Made by a program: the position numbers and the translations under genes. Under the pieces are notes generated by a model. The model saw only the letters and a list, made by a program, of their open reading frames with translations. It had not been told where the DNA came from and searched no databases. A DNA stretch of 64,000 nt, taken from positions 1,728,001 to 1,792,000 of the forward strand of contig OY760142.1 in the NCBI GenBank assembly GCA_963663225.1, given 5' to 3'. The DNA comes from Nitrospirota bacterium. Lineage in GTDB: Bacteria > Nitrospirota > UBA9217. Below are positions 48,862 to 57,998 of the stretch, in pieces (position 1 is the stretch's first letter; each line of letters starts with the position of its first letter).

Positions 48862-48908
48862 GCCAATCTGGCTCCTTAATATATGGGATGCGATGTTTCT
48901 GACAGCTT

Positions 48909-49481
48909 TTATATTGTCGTTACAACAGCGGTGGAAATGACGATCTTTCGAATACTGTTGTTGCCTGCATCCGTAATATAGAGATATGTTCCGTCACTCG
49001 TAACAGCGGAAGGGCTCCGGAATAGCGTATTGGTAGTTCCTGTTCCATCAGTAAATCCGGACGCCCCGGAGGTACTTCCTGCAAAGGTTGAAACCACGCC
49101 TGTGGAAATGATTATTTTCCGGATAACGTTATTGCCCTTGTCGGCGACGTACAGGTTGGTTCCGTCGGAAGCTATGCCGGACGGTGCATTAAAAAGCGCT
49201 GCAGTGCCCGTACCATTGGTGAATCCGGCTGTACCGCTCGTGCTTCCTGCGAAGACCGTGGCAACACCGGTTGAAATTACAACTTTTCGTATGGTGTTGC
49301 TGCCTGTATCTGCAACATAGAGATATGTTCCGTCGGAAATAACGCCGGAGGGATTGTTGAACGTTCCAGCCGAACTGGTACTTGTAGAGTCAGTAGAATC
49401 TGACTCCGTCGATCCTCCACATGACATGAGTGACAAAGCGATTGATAAAACCAGCAGGCAAAATGTAAAAGTTTTTTTCAA
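48909..49481 (-). CDS. NHL-repeat lipoprotein
   Basis: TTG after AAGGAG; lipobox LMSC; three FN.PSG..SDGT.LYVAD.GNN.IRKI repeats. Confidence 0.85.
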   Translation of the reverse strand: MKKTFTFCLLVLSIALSLMSCGGSTESDSTDSTSTSSAGTFNNPSGVISDGTYLYVADTGSNTIRKVVISTGVATVFAGSTSGTAGFTNGTGTAALFNAPSGIASDGTNLYVADKGNNVIRKIIISTGVVSTFAGSTSGASGFTDGTGTTNTLFRSPSAVTSDGTYLYITDAGNNSIRKIVISTAVVTTI

Positions 49482-49538
49482 GCGGTTTCTCCTTCGGTTA
49501 AAATTTGCATGACCTAAGCAGATATATTCTGATTTGTG

Positions 49539-50744
49539 CTATTCATACCTCAGCGCATCAATAGGGTTAAGCCGCGCTGCCTTGCGAGCCGGAAAATAAC
49601 CGAATAGAATGCCCACAACGGCTGAAAAAAGAAAGGCAACAATGATAATAATTCCGTTGAACTTGAACGGAACCTGCAGCATGGCCGTCAACACAATTGA
49701 AGCTATAACAGCCAGTAAAATCCCGAGAAGGCCGCCCAACGAGGACAGCACGACAGCTTCCACCAGAAACTGGGTTAGCACGTCCCGTTCCAGAGCGCCG
49801 ATGGCAAGCCGAGTGCCTATTTCCCGCGTTCGTTCGGTGACAGAAACCAGCATAATATTCATGATGCCGATGCCGCCGACCAGCAGACTGACCGCTGCCA
49901 CCGCGCTGAGCAAAGCCGTGAGGAGTTGGGTTGTTCCTGTAAGCATTTTGGTTATTTCTTTCAGATCCATGACCGTGAAGTTGTCATCGTCGCTCGGCGC
50001 GAGGTGACGGCGCGCCCGCATCAATGATTCGATGTCTTGCTGTGCTTTTTCTGTCGATGCACCCTGCTGGACCGAAACCTGGATCATTCCAACGTCCTGA
50101 TTTCCCGCAATCCTGCGCTGTAGTGCGCGTAGCGGAATGACGACGATGTCATCCTGATCCATGCCCATGGTATTCTGACCTTTGCTTTCCAGGGTGCCTA
50201 TTACGTCGCATGACAAGGCCTGCAGTCTCATTTTTTCTCCGAGAGGCTGCTGCCCGCCGAAGAGCTTTTGGCGCACTGTTTCACCCATAATGCAAACAGC
50301 GGCTCCACTGCGCAGCTCGCTTTCTGTGAAATATCGGCCCGATTTGACAGCCCTGTTTGTTACGGTAAAATACTGGTTGTTGCTTCCGGTCACCTGGGTT
50401 GTCCAGTTTTGATTGCCGAATATGGCTTTTACTGACTGTGACGCGACCGGTGCTACAGCGGCAATGGAATTAATGTCTCTCGCAATGGCCTCGGCGTCCG
50501 TTTCTTTAAAAGCGATCGTACTGGTTCCGAGTCCGGGACCGAGCCTCTTTCCCGGACTGACCATCAGAACGTTGCTGCCCATGCTGGCAAGCTGCTGCTG
50601 GATCTGGGCAGTGGCACTTTCACCGGTGGTTACCATGGTAATAACGGCTGCAACGCCGATGATAATCCCCAGCATGGTAAGGACGGACCTCATGACGTTC
50701 CGGCGGATTTCTCGAAGGGCAAGTAACAGGGCATTGGTGATCAT
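49539..50744 (-). CDS. MacB-type ABC permease
   Basis: RSVLTMLGIIIGV, GGIGIMNIMLVSVTERTREIG, PARKAARLNPIDALRYE. Confidence 0.95.
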   Translation of the reverse strand: MITNALLLALREIRRNVMRSVLTMLGIIIGVAAVITMVTTGESATAQIQQQLASMGSNVLMVSPGKRLGPGLGTSTIAFKETDAEAIARDINSIAAVAPVASQSVKAIFGNQNWTTQVTGSNNQYFTVTNRAVKSGRYFTESELRSGAAVCIMGETVRQKLFGGQQPLGEKMRLQALSCDVIGTLESKGQNTMGMDQDDIVVIPLRALQRRIAGNQDVGMIQVSVQQGASTEKAQQDIESLMRARRHLAPSDDDNFTVMDLKEITKMLTGTTQLLTALLSAVAAVSLLVGGIGIMNIMLVSVTERTREIGTRLAIGALERDVLTQFLVEAVVLSSLGGLLGILLAVIASIVLTAMLQVPFKFNGIIIIVAFLFSAVVGILFGYFPARKAARLNPIDALRYE

Positions 50745-51481
50745 ATCGGTTTCATTCCGTTTCGTTCATCTCTGTCGATCTGGCCATCGCGAAAATGAAT
50801 GACCCGGTCTGCATATAATGCCATTTCCGGCTCATGTGTAACCATGACAATGGTAATCCCCTGTTCTTTGTTGAATGCTGTCAGCAGTTCCATGACTTCC
50901 CGGCTGCGCACGGAATCAAGATTTCCCGTGGGCTCATCAGCCAGAAGCAGAACAGGATCGCTCACGATGGCTCGTGCGATAGCGACCCGCTGCTGCTGCC
51001 CTCCGGACAGTTCTCCTGGAGAATGAGCTTCCCACCCCTGCAATCCGACTGCGTTCAGAGATTTTTTTGCGCGTGTATGACGCTCTTCTGCGGAAAGACC
51101 CCGATATATCAGCGGCAGCTCTATGTTTTCCAGTGCTGATGTCCTGTTTAGAAGGTTGAATCCCTGGAAAATAAAGCCCAGATAATGGCGACGTAGCCGT
51201 GCACGCTGGTCCCGGGAAAGCTTACCGACATCCACACCTTCGAACAGATACGCACCCGAAGTAGGAACATCAAGACAACCGACTATGTTCATGCACGTGG
51301 ATTTTCCCGATCCGCTTGGGCCCATTACTGCTACGAACTCACCTGCCGTGATCCGGATATTGATGCCGACTAGAGCATGCATCGCCGCCTGGCCGGAACC
51401 GTAAATTTTGCTTACATCCCGCAACTCAATGAGCGGATTGCCGTTTCGAATGTGTGGTGGATTTAACTCGTCGGTATTCAT
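50741..51481 (-). CDS. MacB/LolD-type ABC ATPase
   Basis: GPSGSGKS, LSGGQQQRV, LLADEPTGNLD. Confidence 0.96.
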   Translation of the reverse strand: MNTDELNPPHIRNGNPLIELRDVSKIYGSGQAAMHALVGINIRITAGEFVAVMGPSGSGKSTCMNIVGCLDVPTSGAYLFEGVDVGKLSRDQRARLRRHYLGFIFQGFNLLNRTSALENIELPLIYRGLSAEERHTRAKKSLNAVGLQGWEAHSPGELSGGQQQRVAIARAIVSDPVLLLADEPTGNLDSVRSREVMELLTAFNKEQGITIVMVTHEPEMALYADRVIHFRDGQIDRDERNGMKPI

Positions 51482-52773
51482 TTGCCGGTATTTTCCCGAT
51501 CTACAAGCAGTTTTGTGCCCTCCAGAAGATTTCCTCCCGTTATTTCAGTCAGAAGTCCATCGGTAGAACCAGTCGTGACCGCAACGGCCGCAGGTTCGCC
51601 ATTTTGCAGGGTCCAGACAAGCTGTTGTTTTTTATTGCGATCCAGTCCGTTTTGCTGGTTGGAAGTCGAATGAGGCGGGTGCGGCAGCAGCTGGGCCAGA
51701 AGGCCATTTTTCCCTTCTGAATTTTCTTTCGATGCCGGTGGAGTGAATCGTAACGCTGCCGAGGGAACCAGAAGCGCATTTTCTATTTTTTGAACAACGA
51801 TATCGGCGGTAGCCGTCATTCCCGGCCGAAGTGCCAAATCAGGATTATTAACATGTAACACGGTTTCGTAGGTCACGACGCCGGATGTTGTCGAAGAACC
51901 ATAACGTACTTGGACAATCTGCGCCTCAAATATCCGGTTTGGATAGGCTGCGACACTGAATGTTGCTTTCTGGCCCTTTTGCACCTTTCCTACGTCCGCT
52001 TCATCAACATTCACGTGCAATTCCATTTGCGTCAGGTCCTCAGCCAGGGTGAACAGTACCGGTGTCTCCAGGGAAGAAGCCACCGTTTGGCCGGGTTCTA
52101 TTTTGCGGGTCAGTACGATACCGTTGATAGGGGATCGGATGACTGCCTTGGAGATATCTGTCTCGTTTGCTTGGTGAGAGCCCTGGGCCTGAGCAACCGC
52201 CGCGACAGCACCGGCGGCATCCGCATTCGCCCGAGCGAAATTCGCTTCGGCCGCATCCATGTCAGACTGGGAAGGGACCCTGTTGTTGCTTAACTCACGG
52301 ACTTTTTTGTATTGCGCAAGTTTGGCTCTGGTTTCATCAACTGTTGCCTGTGTCTGAACCACTTTTGCCTTTGCGGATTCCAGGGCGGCTTTCGATTGAA
52401 TTGTCTGCGCTTCCAGCTTTGAGATGTCCAGCCTGGCCAGTACCTGACCGATCTTCACACGGTCGTTGTGGTCCACCGCGACGCTTTTGATGGTGCCGGA
52501 CAGCTCACATCCGACGCTGACGGTATGACGGCTGTATAATGTCCCCGTGGCGGTCACCGTTACCGTCAGATTTCCCCGTTTTGCCTCCTGAAATTTAAAC
52601 TGAGCCGGTGTACTTTTTGCCAGGGAGAACCAGGCGACTGTGAGCAGAAGCATAGCAACTATCGCGATACCCGTCACAACGAGCAATTTTTTTCTTTTTT
52701 GAACCGGGCCGGAGGGATCTGATACCCCGAGCAGGTGCTCAATATCAAACTTTTGCTCTGTGTTTGTTTGCAT
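51478..52773 (-). CDS. MacA-like periplasmic adaptor
   Basis: VTATGTL, VG.ELSG, IRSPINGIV, GQTVASS, VDEADVG, LRPGMTA. Confidence 0.94.
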   Translation of the reverse strand: MQTNTEQKFDIEHLLGVSDPSGPVQKRKKLLVVTGIAIVAMLLLTVAWFSLAKSTPAQFKFQEAKRGNLTVTVTATGTLYSRHTVSVGCELSGTIKSVAVDHNDRVKIGQVLARLDISKLEAQTIQSKAALESAKAKVVQTQATVDETRAKLAQYKKVRELSNNRVPSQSDMDAAEANFARANADAAGAVAAVAQAQGSHQANETDISKAVIRSPINGIVLTRKIEPGQTVASSLETPVLFTLAEDLTQMELHVNVDEADVGKVQKGQKATFSVAAYPNRIFEAQIVQVRYGSSTTSGVVTYETVLHVNNPDLALRPGMTATADIVVQKIENALLVPSAALRFTPPASKENSEGKNGLLAQLLPHPPHSTSNQQNGLDRNKKQQLVWTLQNGEPAAVAVTTGSTDGLLTEITGGNLLEGTKLLVDRENTGK

Positions 52774-52788
52774 AGGTGTTCCCTTCCG

Positions 52789-54267
52789 TTATGTTCTCCG
52801 TGCTTTTTCAGTTGCCCCGGTCGCAGACCCCATCGGTGTCCATCCGCCGCCAAGGGCTTTGTACAACCTGATCAGATCGGCCGTGACTTCTGCTTCACTC
52901 GTGGCGAGCGAATCCTGAAAGGTCAATAAAGAGCGCTGTGTTTCCAGAACGGTCTGAAAGTCAATCAACCCCGATTCATACCGGCTTTTGGCAAGTTCCG
53001 CAGCCCGCTGCGCTGCCTGAGTCGCATCAGAAAGCGACTGCCGATGAAGTTGCTCCTGTATAAAGGCCATAAGGGCATTATTAACACCTTGCAGGGCAGA
53101 GAGAACGGCAGCCTCATACTGGACGAGATATTGTTCCTGCACTGCGTTTTGCACTTCGATATTTTTTCGTATTTTCCCGGCGTCAAATATATTCCAGGTT
53201 ATCGATGGGCCGAATCCATACACTCTGTTGCCGTATGTGAAAAGACTTCCCGCGGAGAGAGCCTCGAAGCCTATGGAGCCACTCAGCGTGATTTTAGGAT
53301 AAAAGTCCGCCGTTGCGACACCGATTTGGGCTGTTTGTGCAGCAAGTTTTCGTTCAGCACGTCTGACGTCCGGCCTGTTTCTCAGCACGTCGGCAGGAAT
53401 GCCTATGGCAACCTCAGCCGGCGCAACGGGGATGGCTTTTCGCTCCGATAACTCTGCATCCAGATATCCCGGATGCTTGCCGAGCAGCAAGCACAATGCA
53501 TTTTTGGATTTTTCGAGGCTGGTTCTGAGGGGAGGGATTGTGGCACGGGTCTGTTCAAGATTGTACCGGGCTTGCTCAACATCGAGCGCAGTTGACAGCC
53601 CGGCTTCGTACTTCCACGATGTTATTTGATGCGTTTCCTGCTGAGAATCGCGGTTTGATTCGGCGATGTTGAGCCTGGTCTGATACGTGCGAACATCAAC
53701 ATAATTCAGGGCCACCTCAGCGGTCAATGTCACTAGTACGTCACGCAGGTCTTCTTCTGTCGCCTCCAGAGTCCCTTGGGCAGCTTCAACGCTTCGTCGT
53801 TTGCCGCCGAATATATCTAGCTCCCAACTGGCGTCAAACCCGGTGGAATAAAGTTCTTCTGTACCGCTCGTGCTGTGGTTTTTCGAAGCAGTTGCAGTCG
53901 CGTCGACTGAAGGAAACTGATCTGCAGCGCTGACACCTCGCTGCGCTCTCGCTTCACGCACGCGGGCCTTGGCTTCCCGCAGGTCGAGATTGTTTTGCAC
54001 TGCGCGGTCTATCAGGCTTGACAGCACAGGATCATTGAGTTTTGTCCACCAGTTTGCCAGTGATTTTCCATCGAGAGACATTGTTGTGGAGGATACGAGT
54101 GTGTGGTTCCACTGGTCAGGAAGCGTCAGCTCCGGCCTCCGGTAATCCGGTCCGACTGAAGCGCATCCGGTAAATGAGAAAAAAATAAAGAGGAATATGA
54201 AGGTTTTTTCCTTTATGAATTCGAATAAATGACTTCGATATTTATTGTTTTTATGGTATTGGTTCAT
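52789..54267 (-). CDS. NodT/TolC-family outer-membrane efflux lipoprotein
   Basis: Lipobox FTGC, VGPDY..P, SWELDIFG, RPDVRRAER, LYKALGGGW. Confidence 0.95.
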   Translation of the reverse strand: MNQYHKNNKYRSHLFEFIKEKTFIFLFIFFSFTGCASVGPDYRRPELTLPDQWNHTLVSSTTMSLDGKSLANWWTKLNDPVLSSLIDRAVQNNLDLREAKARVREARAQRGVSAADQFPSVDATATASKNHSTSGTEELYSTGFDASWELDIFGGKRRSVEAAQGTLEATEEDLRDVLVTLTAEVALNYVDVRTYQTRLNIAESNRDSQQETHQITSWKYEAGLSTALDVEQARYNLEQTRATIPPLRTSLEKSKNALCLLLGKHPGYLDAELSERKAIPVAPAEVAIGIPADVLRNRPDVRRAERKLAAQTAQIGVATADFYPKITLSGSIGFEALSAGSLFTYGNRVYGFGPSITWNIFDAGKIRKNIEVQNAVQEQYLVQYEAAVLSALQGVNNALMAFIQEQLHRQSLSDATQAAQRAAELAKSRYESGLIDFQTVLETQRSLLTFQDSLATSEAEVTADLIRLYKALGGGWTPMGSATGATEKARRT

Positions 54268-54325
54268 TTTTAGATCTTTTTTAACTATTGTTGATTTTCT
54301 TGGTTACTTATATGCCGCAAACATT

Positions 54326-54365
54326 AAAAAGGGGCAGTCAGCCGGGGGGCGGCTGACTGCCAAAA
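54326..54365 (-). terminator. Intrinsic terminator after Spy-like gene
   Basis: 12-bp stem GGCAGTCAGCCG/CGGCTGACTGCC with a T-run on the minus strand. Confidence 0.8.
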
Positions 54366-54434
54366 GAGACACAGTTGCACTTGAAGCAGTTCCTTACGCT
54401 CGCAAAGCACACTAACTTCTTAATGGGCCGCAGA

Positions 54435-54968
54435 CTAGCTGGTTTGCTGTTTTTTGGAAGAAACATCTTCCTTTTCGGGCGGAGTTTTGAATTTTTTCCT
54501 TTGCTCGGGCGTTAATTTTGATTTGATCTCTTCCATTGCTTTTATATGCATGAGATGGATTTCCGCCATGAGCGTTTCTGTTTTCTTTACTGCCGCTTCG
54601 GCAGCGCTCAAATCCACGGTTTCTCGGTCGAGGATGTCTTTCAGTTCTATTCTGGTTATTTCAATATCCGCCCGCTTCCTGATGGTGCTTTTCATCACTT
54701 TGCTGTTTATTTCCTTGATCGCTTCTTTCTGCTTTTCATCAAGACCGAGCCCCATAAGACGTTTGTTGATAAAAGACTCCGGGCCCGGCATTCCGCCTCT
54801 CTGGTCGAATCCTCGATGCATCAGGGGATGCCCCGCAGGGTTATCCTGCCCAGGGATATCTTTCCCGACCATGATCCCTGCTGCGCATCCTGGCTCAGCG
54901 TATAAAGAGTATGACGCGAAAAAAAGAAACAAAAAACCTGCACACAGTCCTGATAATATCTTCTTCAT
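54435..54968 (-). CDS. Spy/CpxP/ZraP-like periplasmic protein
   Basis: Signal peptide from ATG 54968; LGLDEKQKEAI and LTPEQR motifs. Confidence 0.85.
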   Translation of the reverse strand: MKKILSGLCAGFLFLFFASYSLYAEPGCAAGIMVGKDIPGQDNPAGHPLMHRGFDQRGGMPGPESFINKRLMGLGLDEKQKEAIKEINSKVMKSTIRKRADIEITRIELKDILDRETVDLSAAEAAVKKTETLMAEIHLMHIKAMEEIKSKLTPEQRKKFKTPPEKEDVSSKKQQTS

Positions 54969-55084
54969 AATAATCACAATCCTTTCTTCCGGCCGCACCG
55001 AGGGAACCGTCGTAGACAGCGGCGGCCAAAACCGTTGTTAATTTTTTATTTTCTCTCCTTATTTATGCCGAAACAATATGCTTA

Positions 55085-55405
55085 CTATTTGCTGCTGGTA
55101 TTACCGGCATTATCTGGCGGCTTTCCCTGCGGTCCGCGCATACCGCCTTCCGGCACGGCTGCCAGCGTACTGTTGATCAGTTTGCAGACTCCCGTGAGCG
55201 TGTCGCCCCGTGGAGTAGTAAATTGGACGCTTGTCCCTTCGCTTTTGCCTTTGCATGCGGCAATTGCTTCCGGCGGAGGTCCCATGGGAGGACGTCCTTG
55301 CGGTCTGTTGCTGTCTGTGCTGCTTGCGGTGTCTGCGGCGGCGGGCAGGCTTCCCATAACAAGGAGAAGCAAGCATGCCGTTATTCCGACCACATATTTT
55401 TCCAT
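55085..55405 (-). CDS. Small exported Pro-rich protein
   Basis: Signal peptide; GPPPEAIAACKGKSEG...PRG..LTGVC. Confidence 0.8.
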   Translation of the reverse strand: MEKYVVGITACLLLLVMGSLPAAADTASSTDSNRPQGRPPMGPPPEAIAACKGKSEGTSVQFTTPRGDTLTGVCKLINSTLAAVPEGGMRGPQGKPPDNAGNTSSK

Positions 55406-55480
55406 AGCATCACCTTCTTTCCTGCATCCAAATCTGCATCGGCATTAAGTGGCTGTGTTGATGACAAGATACCGGACGAA

Positions 55481-55512
55481 TGTGGCGCAATTATGGAAGA
55501 ATTGTGGAAATT
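55481..55512 (-). promoter_or_regulatory. BaeR-box-like direct repeats
   Basis: Minus strand CCACA/CCATA/CCACA at exact 11-bp spacing between the efflux cluster and baeS-like gene. Confidence 0.6.
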
Positions 55513-55583
55513 TGAGCATGCAGTTTTTTTGTCTTGACGCTTATTGAGGATAGCAATAAACTGAAATCAGGAGCTTCGACGGA

Positions 55584-57023
55584 ATGATGAAAAAAGGGAT
55601 TACCTACCGACTATTTCTTTCCATGCTTGCGGCCACCGGCTTGGCAATTCTGAGCCTGTTTTTGATCATGCAATGGAGCATAGACCGTGGTTTTTATCAA
55701 TATCTCAGCACGGTGGACCAAGCGCGCCTGGAGCAGATTGCGTCCGATCTGGAACAGGGATATGAGCAGCACGGGAACTGGGACTATTTAAGGGATGCCC
55801 CCCCGCGGTGGAGCCCCGCGGAAAGGACTCCGCTTTTTGGACCGGGTACTGCTCCTCCTCGTCCGCCGGAGCGAGCCGACGACAGATTTGGCCATCGTCC
55901 GCCGATGCCGCCGCCGTTCGATGAACGACTCCCCGGGGGGCCGCTTGTCATTTTGAATGCTGAAAAGAAAACAATTTTTGGATTCTATCCGGAAGGTGAG
56001 AAGCCGAACTTCCGTCCGCTTACCGTCCGGGGAAAAACGGTGGGCTATGTCGGGCTGCAGTCGCCGAAACACTTTCTCCTTCCCATGCAGGTGCAGTTTC
56101 TCAGCAAACAGAAACACGCCCTGGCCATGGCGGCCGGAGGCATGGTGCTGGTCGTCATGATTATCGCGTTTCCTCTTGCGAGAAGACTGGTCAGGCCGGT
56201 CCGTGCGATGGCCGCGGCCACGCATGACATCTCCTCCGGAAAATACGCAACGCGCATACCGGTCACCTCATCAGATGAACTCGGCCTGCTTGCCCGCGAT
56301 TTTAACAATATGGCGTTGACCCTGGAAAAACACGAGAAAGAACGCCGCCAGTGGGTCGCCGATATCTCGCATGAGTTAAGAACGCCGGTTGCCGTGCTGC
56401 GCGGTGAGATCGAGGCGCTTCTGGACGGAATACGCACCATCACTCCGGAAACGATCCGCTCGCTTCACGTGGAAGTGCTCCGCCTGAACCGTCTTGTAGA
56501 GGATCTGTATCAGTTGTCTCTGTCGGACATCGGAGCGCTGAGCTATCGGAAGGAAAATCTCGACCTGCTCCCGGTGCTGCAGAATTCTCTGGAAGCGTTC
56601 CGTGCGAAATTTGCGCGCAAGGGAATTACGCTTTCACCTCCGCGTGTACATGATGCGGAAGCCCGGATTTTTGGCGACCGGGAACGTTTGAACCAGCTTT
56701 TTGCGAATCTGCTCGAGAATGCATTGCGATATACAGATGCCGGCGGAACGCTGAATGTGAGTTTTTCTATCAGCAGCAATACAGTTACCATAGAACTGCT
56801 GGATTCCGCACCCGGTGTTCCGGAGCAGGACTTGGTGCGGTTGTTTGACCGCCTCTATCGCGTGGAAGGGTCCCGGAGCCGGATATCAGGCGGCGCCGGA
56901 CTCGGTCTGGCAATCTGCAAGAATATCGTCGAAGCCCACGAAGGAACCATCTCGGCGCACCCGTCTCCGCTGGGAGGGCTGATGATCAGAATCAGCCTGC
57001 CTGTTGCCGGGAGTCATTTATGA
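55584..57023 (+). CDS. baeS: BaeS-like sensor histidine kinase
   Basis: Two TM, HAMP (DELGLLARDFN), ADISHELRTPVAVLRGEIEA, ENALRYTD.GG, DSAPGV, LFDRLYRVE.SRSR. Confidence 0.88.
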   Translation: MMKKGITYRLFLSMLAATGLAILSLFLIMQWSIDRGFYQYLSTVDQARLEQIASDLEQGYEQHGNWDYLRDAPPRWSPAERTPLFGPGTAPPRPPERADDRFGHRPPMPPPFDERLPGGPLVILNAEKKTIFGFYPEGEKPNFRPLTVRGKTVGYVGLQSPKHFLLPMQVQFLSKQKHALAMAAGGMVLVVMIIAFPLARRLVRPVRAMAAATHDISSGKYATRIPVTSSDELGLLARDFNNMALTLEKHEKERRQWVADISHELRTPVAVLRGEIEALLDGIRTITPETIRSLHVEVLRLNRLVEDLYQLSLSDIGALSYRKENLDLLPVLQNSLEAFRAKFARKGITLSPPRVHDAEARIFGDRERLNQLFANLLENALRYTDAGGTLNVSFSISSNTVTIELLDSAPGVPEQDLVRLFDRLYRVEGSRSRISGGAGLGLAICKNIVEAHEGTISAHPSPLGGLMIRISLPVAGSHL

Positions 57024-57691
57024 ACGGGGAAATTTTTATTATTGAAGACGAACCAAAGCTGTCATCCTTGCTTGTAGACTATCTGAAAGCGGCGGGGTTC
57101 GCCACGTTTCCACTATTGGATGGAACGGAGGCTGTAGACAGAATCAGGGAGCGCAAACCGGAGTTGGTCCTTTTGGACTTGATGTTGCCTGGACGCGACG
57201 GGATGGATATCTGCAAGGAAGTGCGGACTTTCTCACGGATTCCTATCATTATAGTGACGGCCAGGATCGAGGAAATCGACCGTCTGCTCGGCCTCGAACT
57301 CGGAGCAGACGACTATATCTGCAAACCGTTCAGTCCGCGTGAAGTGGTAGCCCGCGTCAAGGCCGTTCTCCGGCGTACGCGTGACGGGGGCGCCATACAG
57401 GCCAAAGGGCTTGTTCTGGACGAATACGCATATCGTGCCATGCTGCACGGCCAGGATTTGAAGCTCACGGCCGTCGAATTCAAACTTCTGCAGCTTCTTG
57501 TGGAGCATCCCGGCAGAATATATGGCCGCCAGCAGATCATGGAAAAGATTTATTATGATGACCGTTTTGTAAGCGACCGCACGGTTGACAGCCATATTAA
57601 AAAGCTTCGCAGAAAAATTGAAGCGGTCCTCCCCGAGCCGGTGCTGATCCATTCTGTATACGGAGTCGGGTATAAGTTTGAACAGGAATAA
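57020..57691 (+). CDS. baeR: BaeR-like response regulator
   Basis: EDEPKL, LDLMLPG.DG, EEIDRLLGLELGADDYICKPFSPREV, DRTVDSHIK. Confidence 0.9.
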   Translation: MNGEIFIIEDEPKLSSLLVDYLKAAGFATFPLLDGTEAVDRIRERKPELVLLDLMLPGRDGMDICKEVRTFSRIPIIIVTARIEEIDRLLGLELGADDYICKPFSPREVVARVKAVLRRTRDGGAIQAKGLVLDEYAYRAMLHGQDLKLTAVEFKLLQLLVEHPGRIYGRQQIMEKIYYDDRFVSDRTVDSHIKKLRRKIEAVLPEPVLIHSVYGVGYKFEQE

Positions 57692-57998
57692 CGAGAGTAT
57701 CGAGAGCCCGTCCGGGCATATCTGAATTAAACTATGGCGTGCCGGACCCCTTTGCCGTATTTTTTCTCCTTCTCAAAAAAATTCTGTTTTCTTCCTTAAA
57801 TAACTCCGTTGAGCAATGCTTCTCGATGCAACCATGCGCCTGATTTGAGTTGACGGGATATTTTTGCAGATATATACTCAAAGCTGACGGAGCGTTGCTG
57901 AAAAAGCCGGAAAATTGCCGAAACTGTCCCGGCAGAGCCGGGCAGCGTATGGCCAGATATTGACGGCAATCAATTTTCAGAGAGGTTACGGTAAAGCA

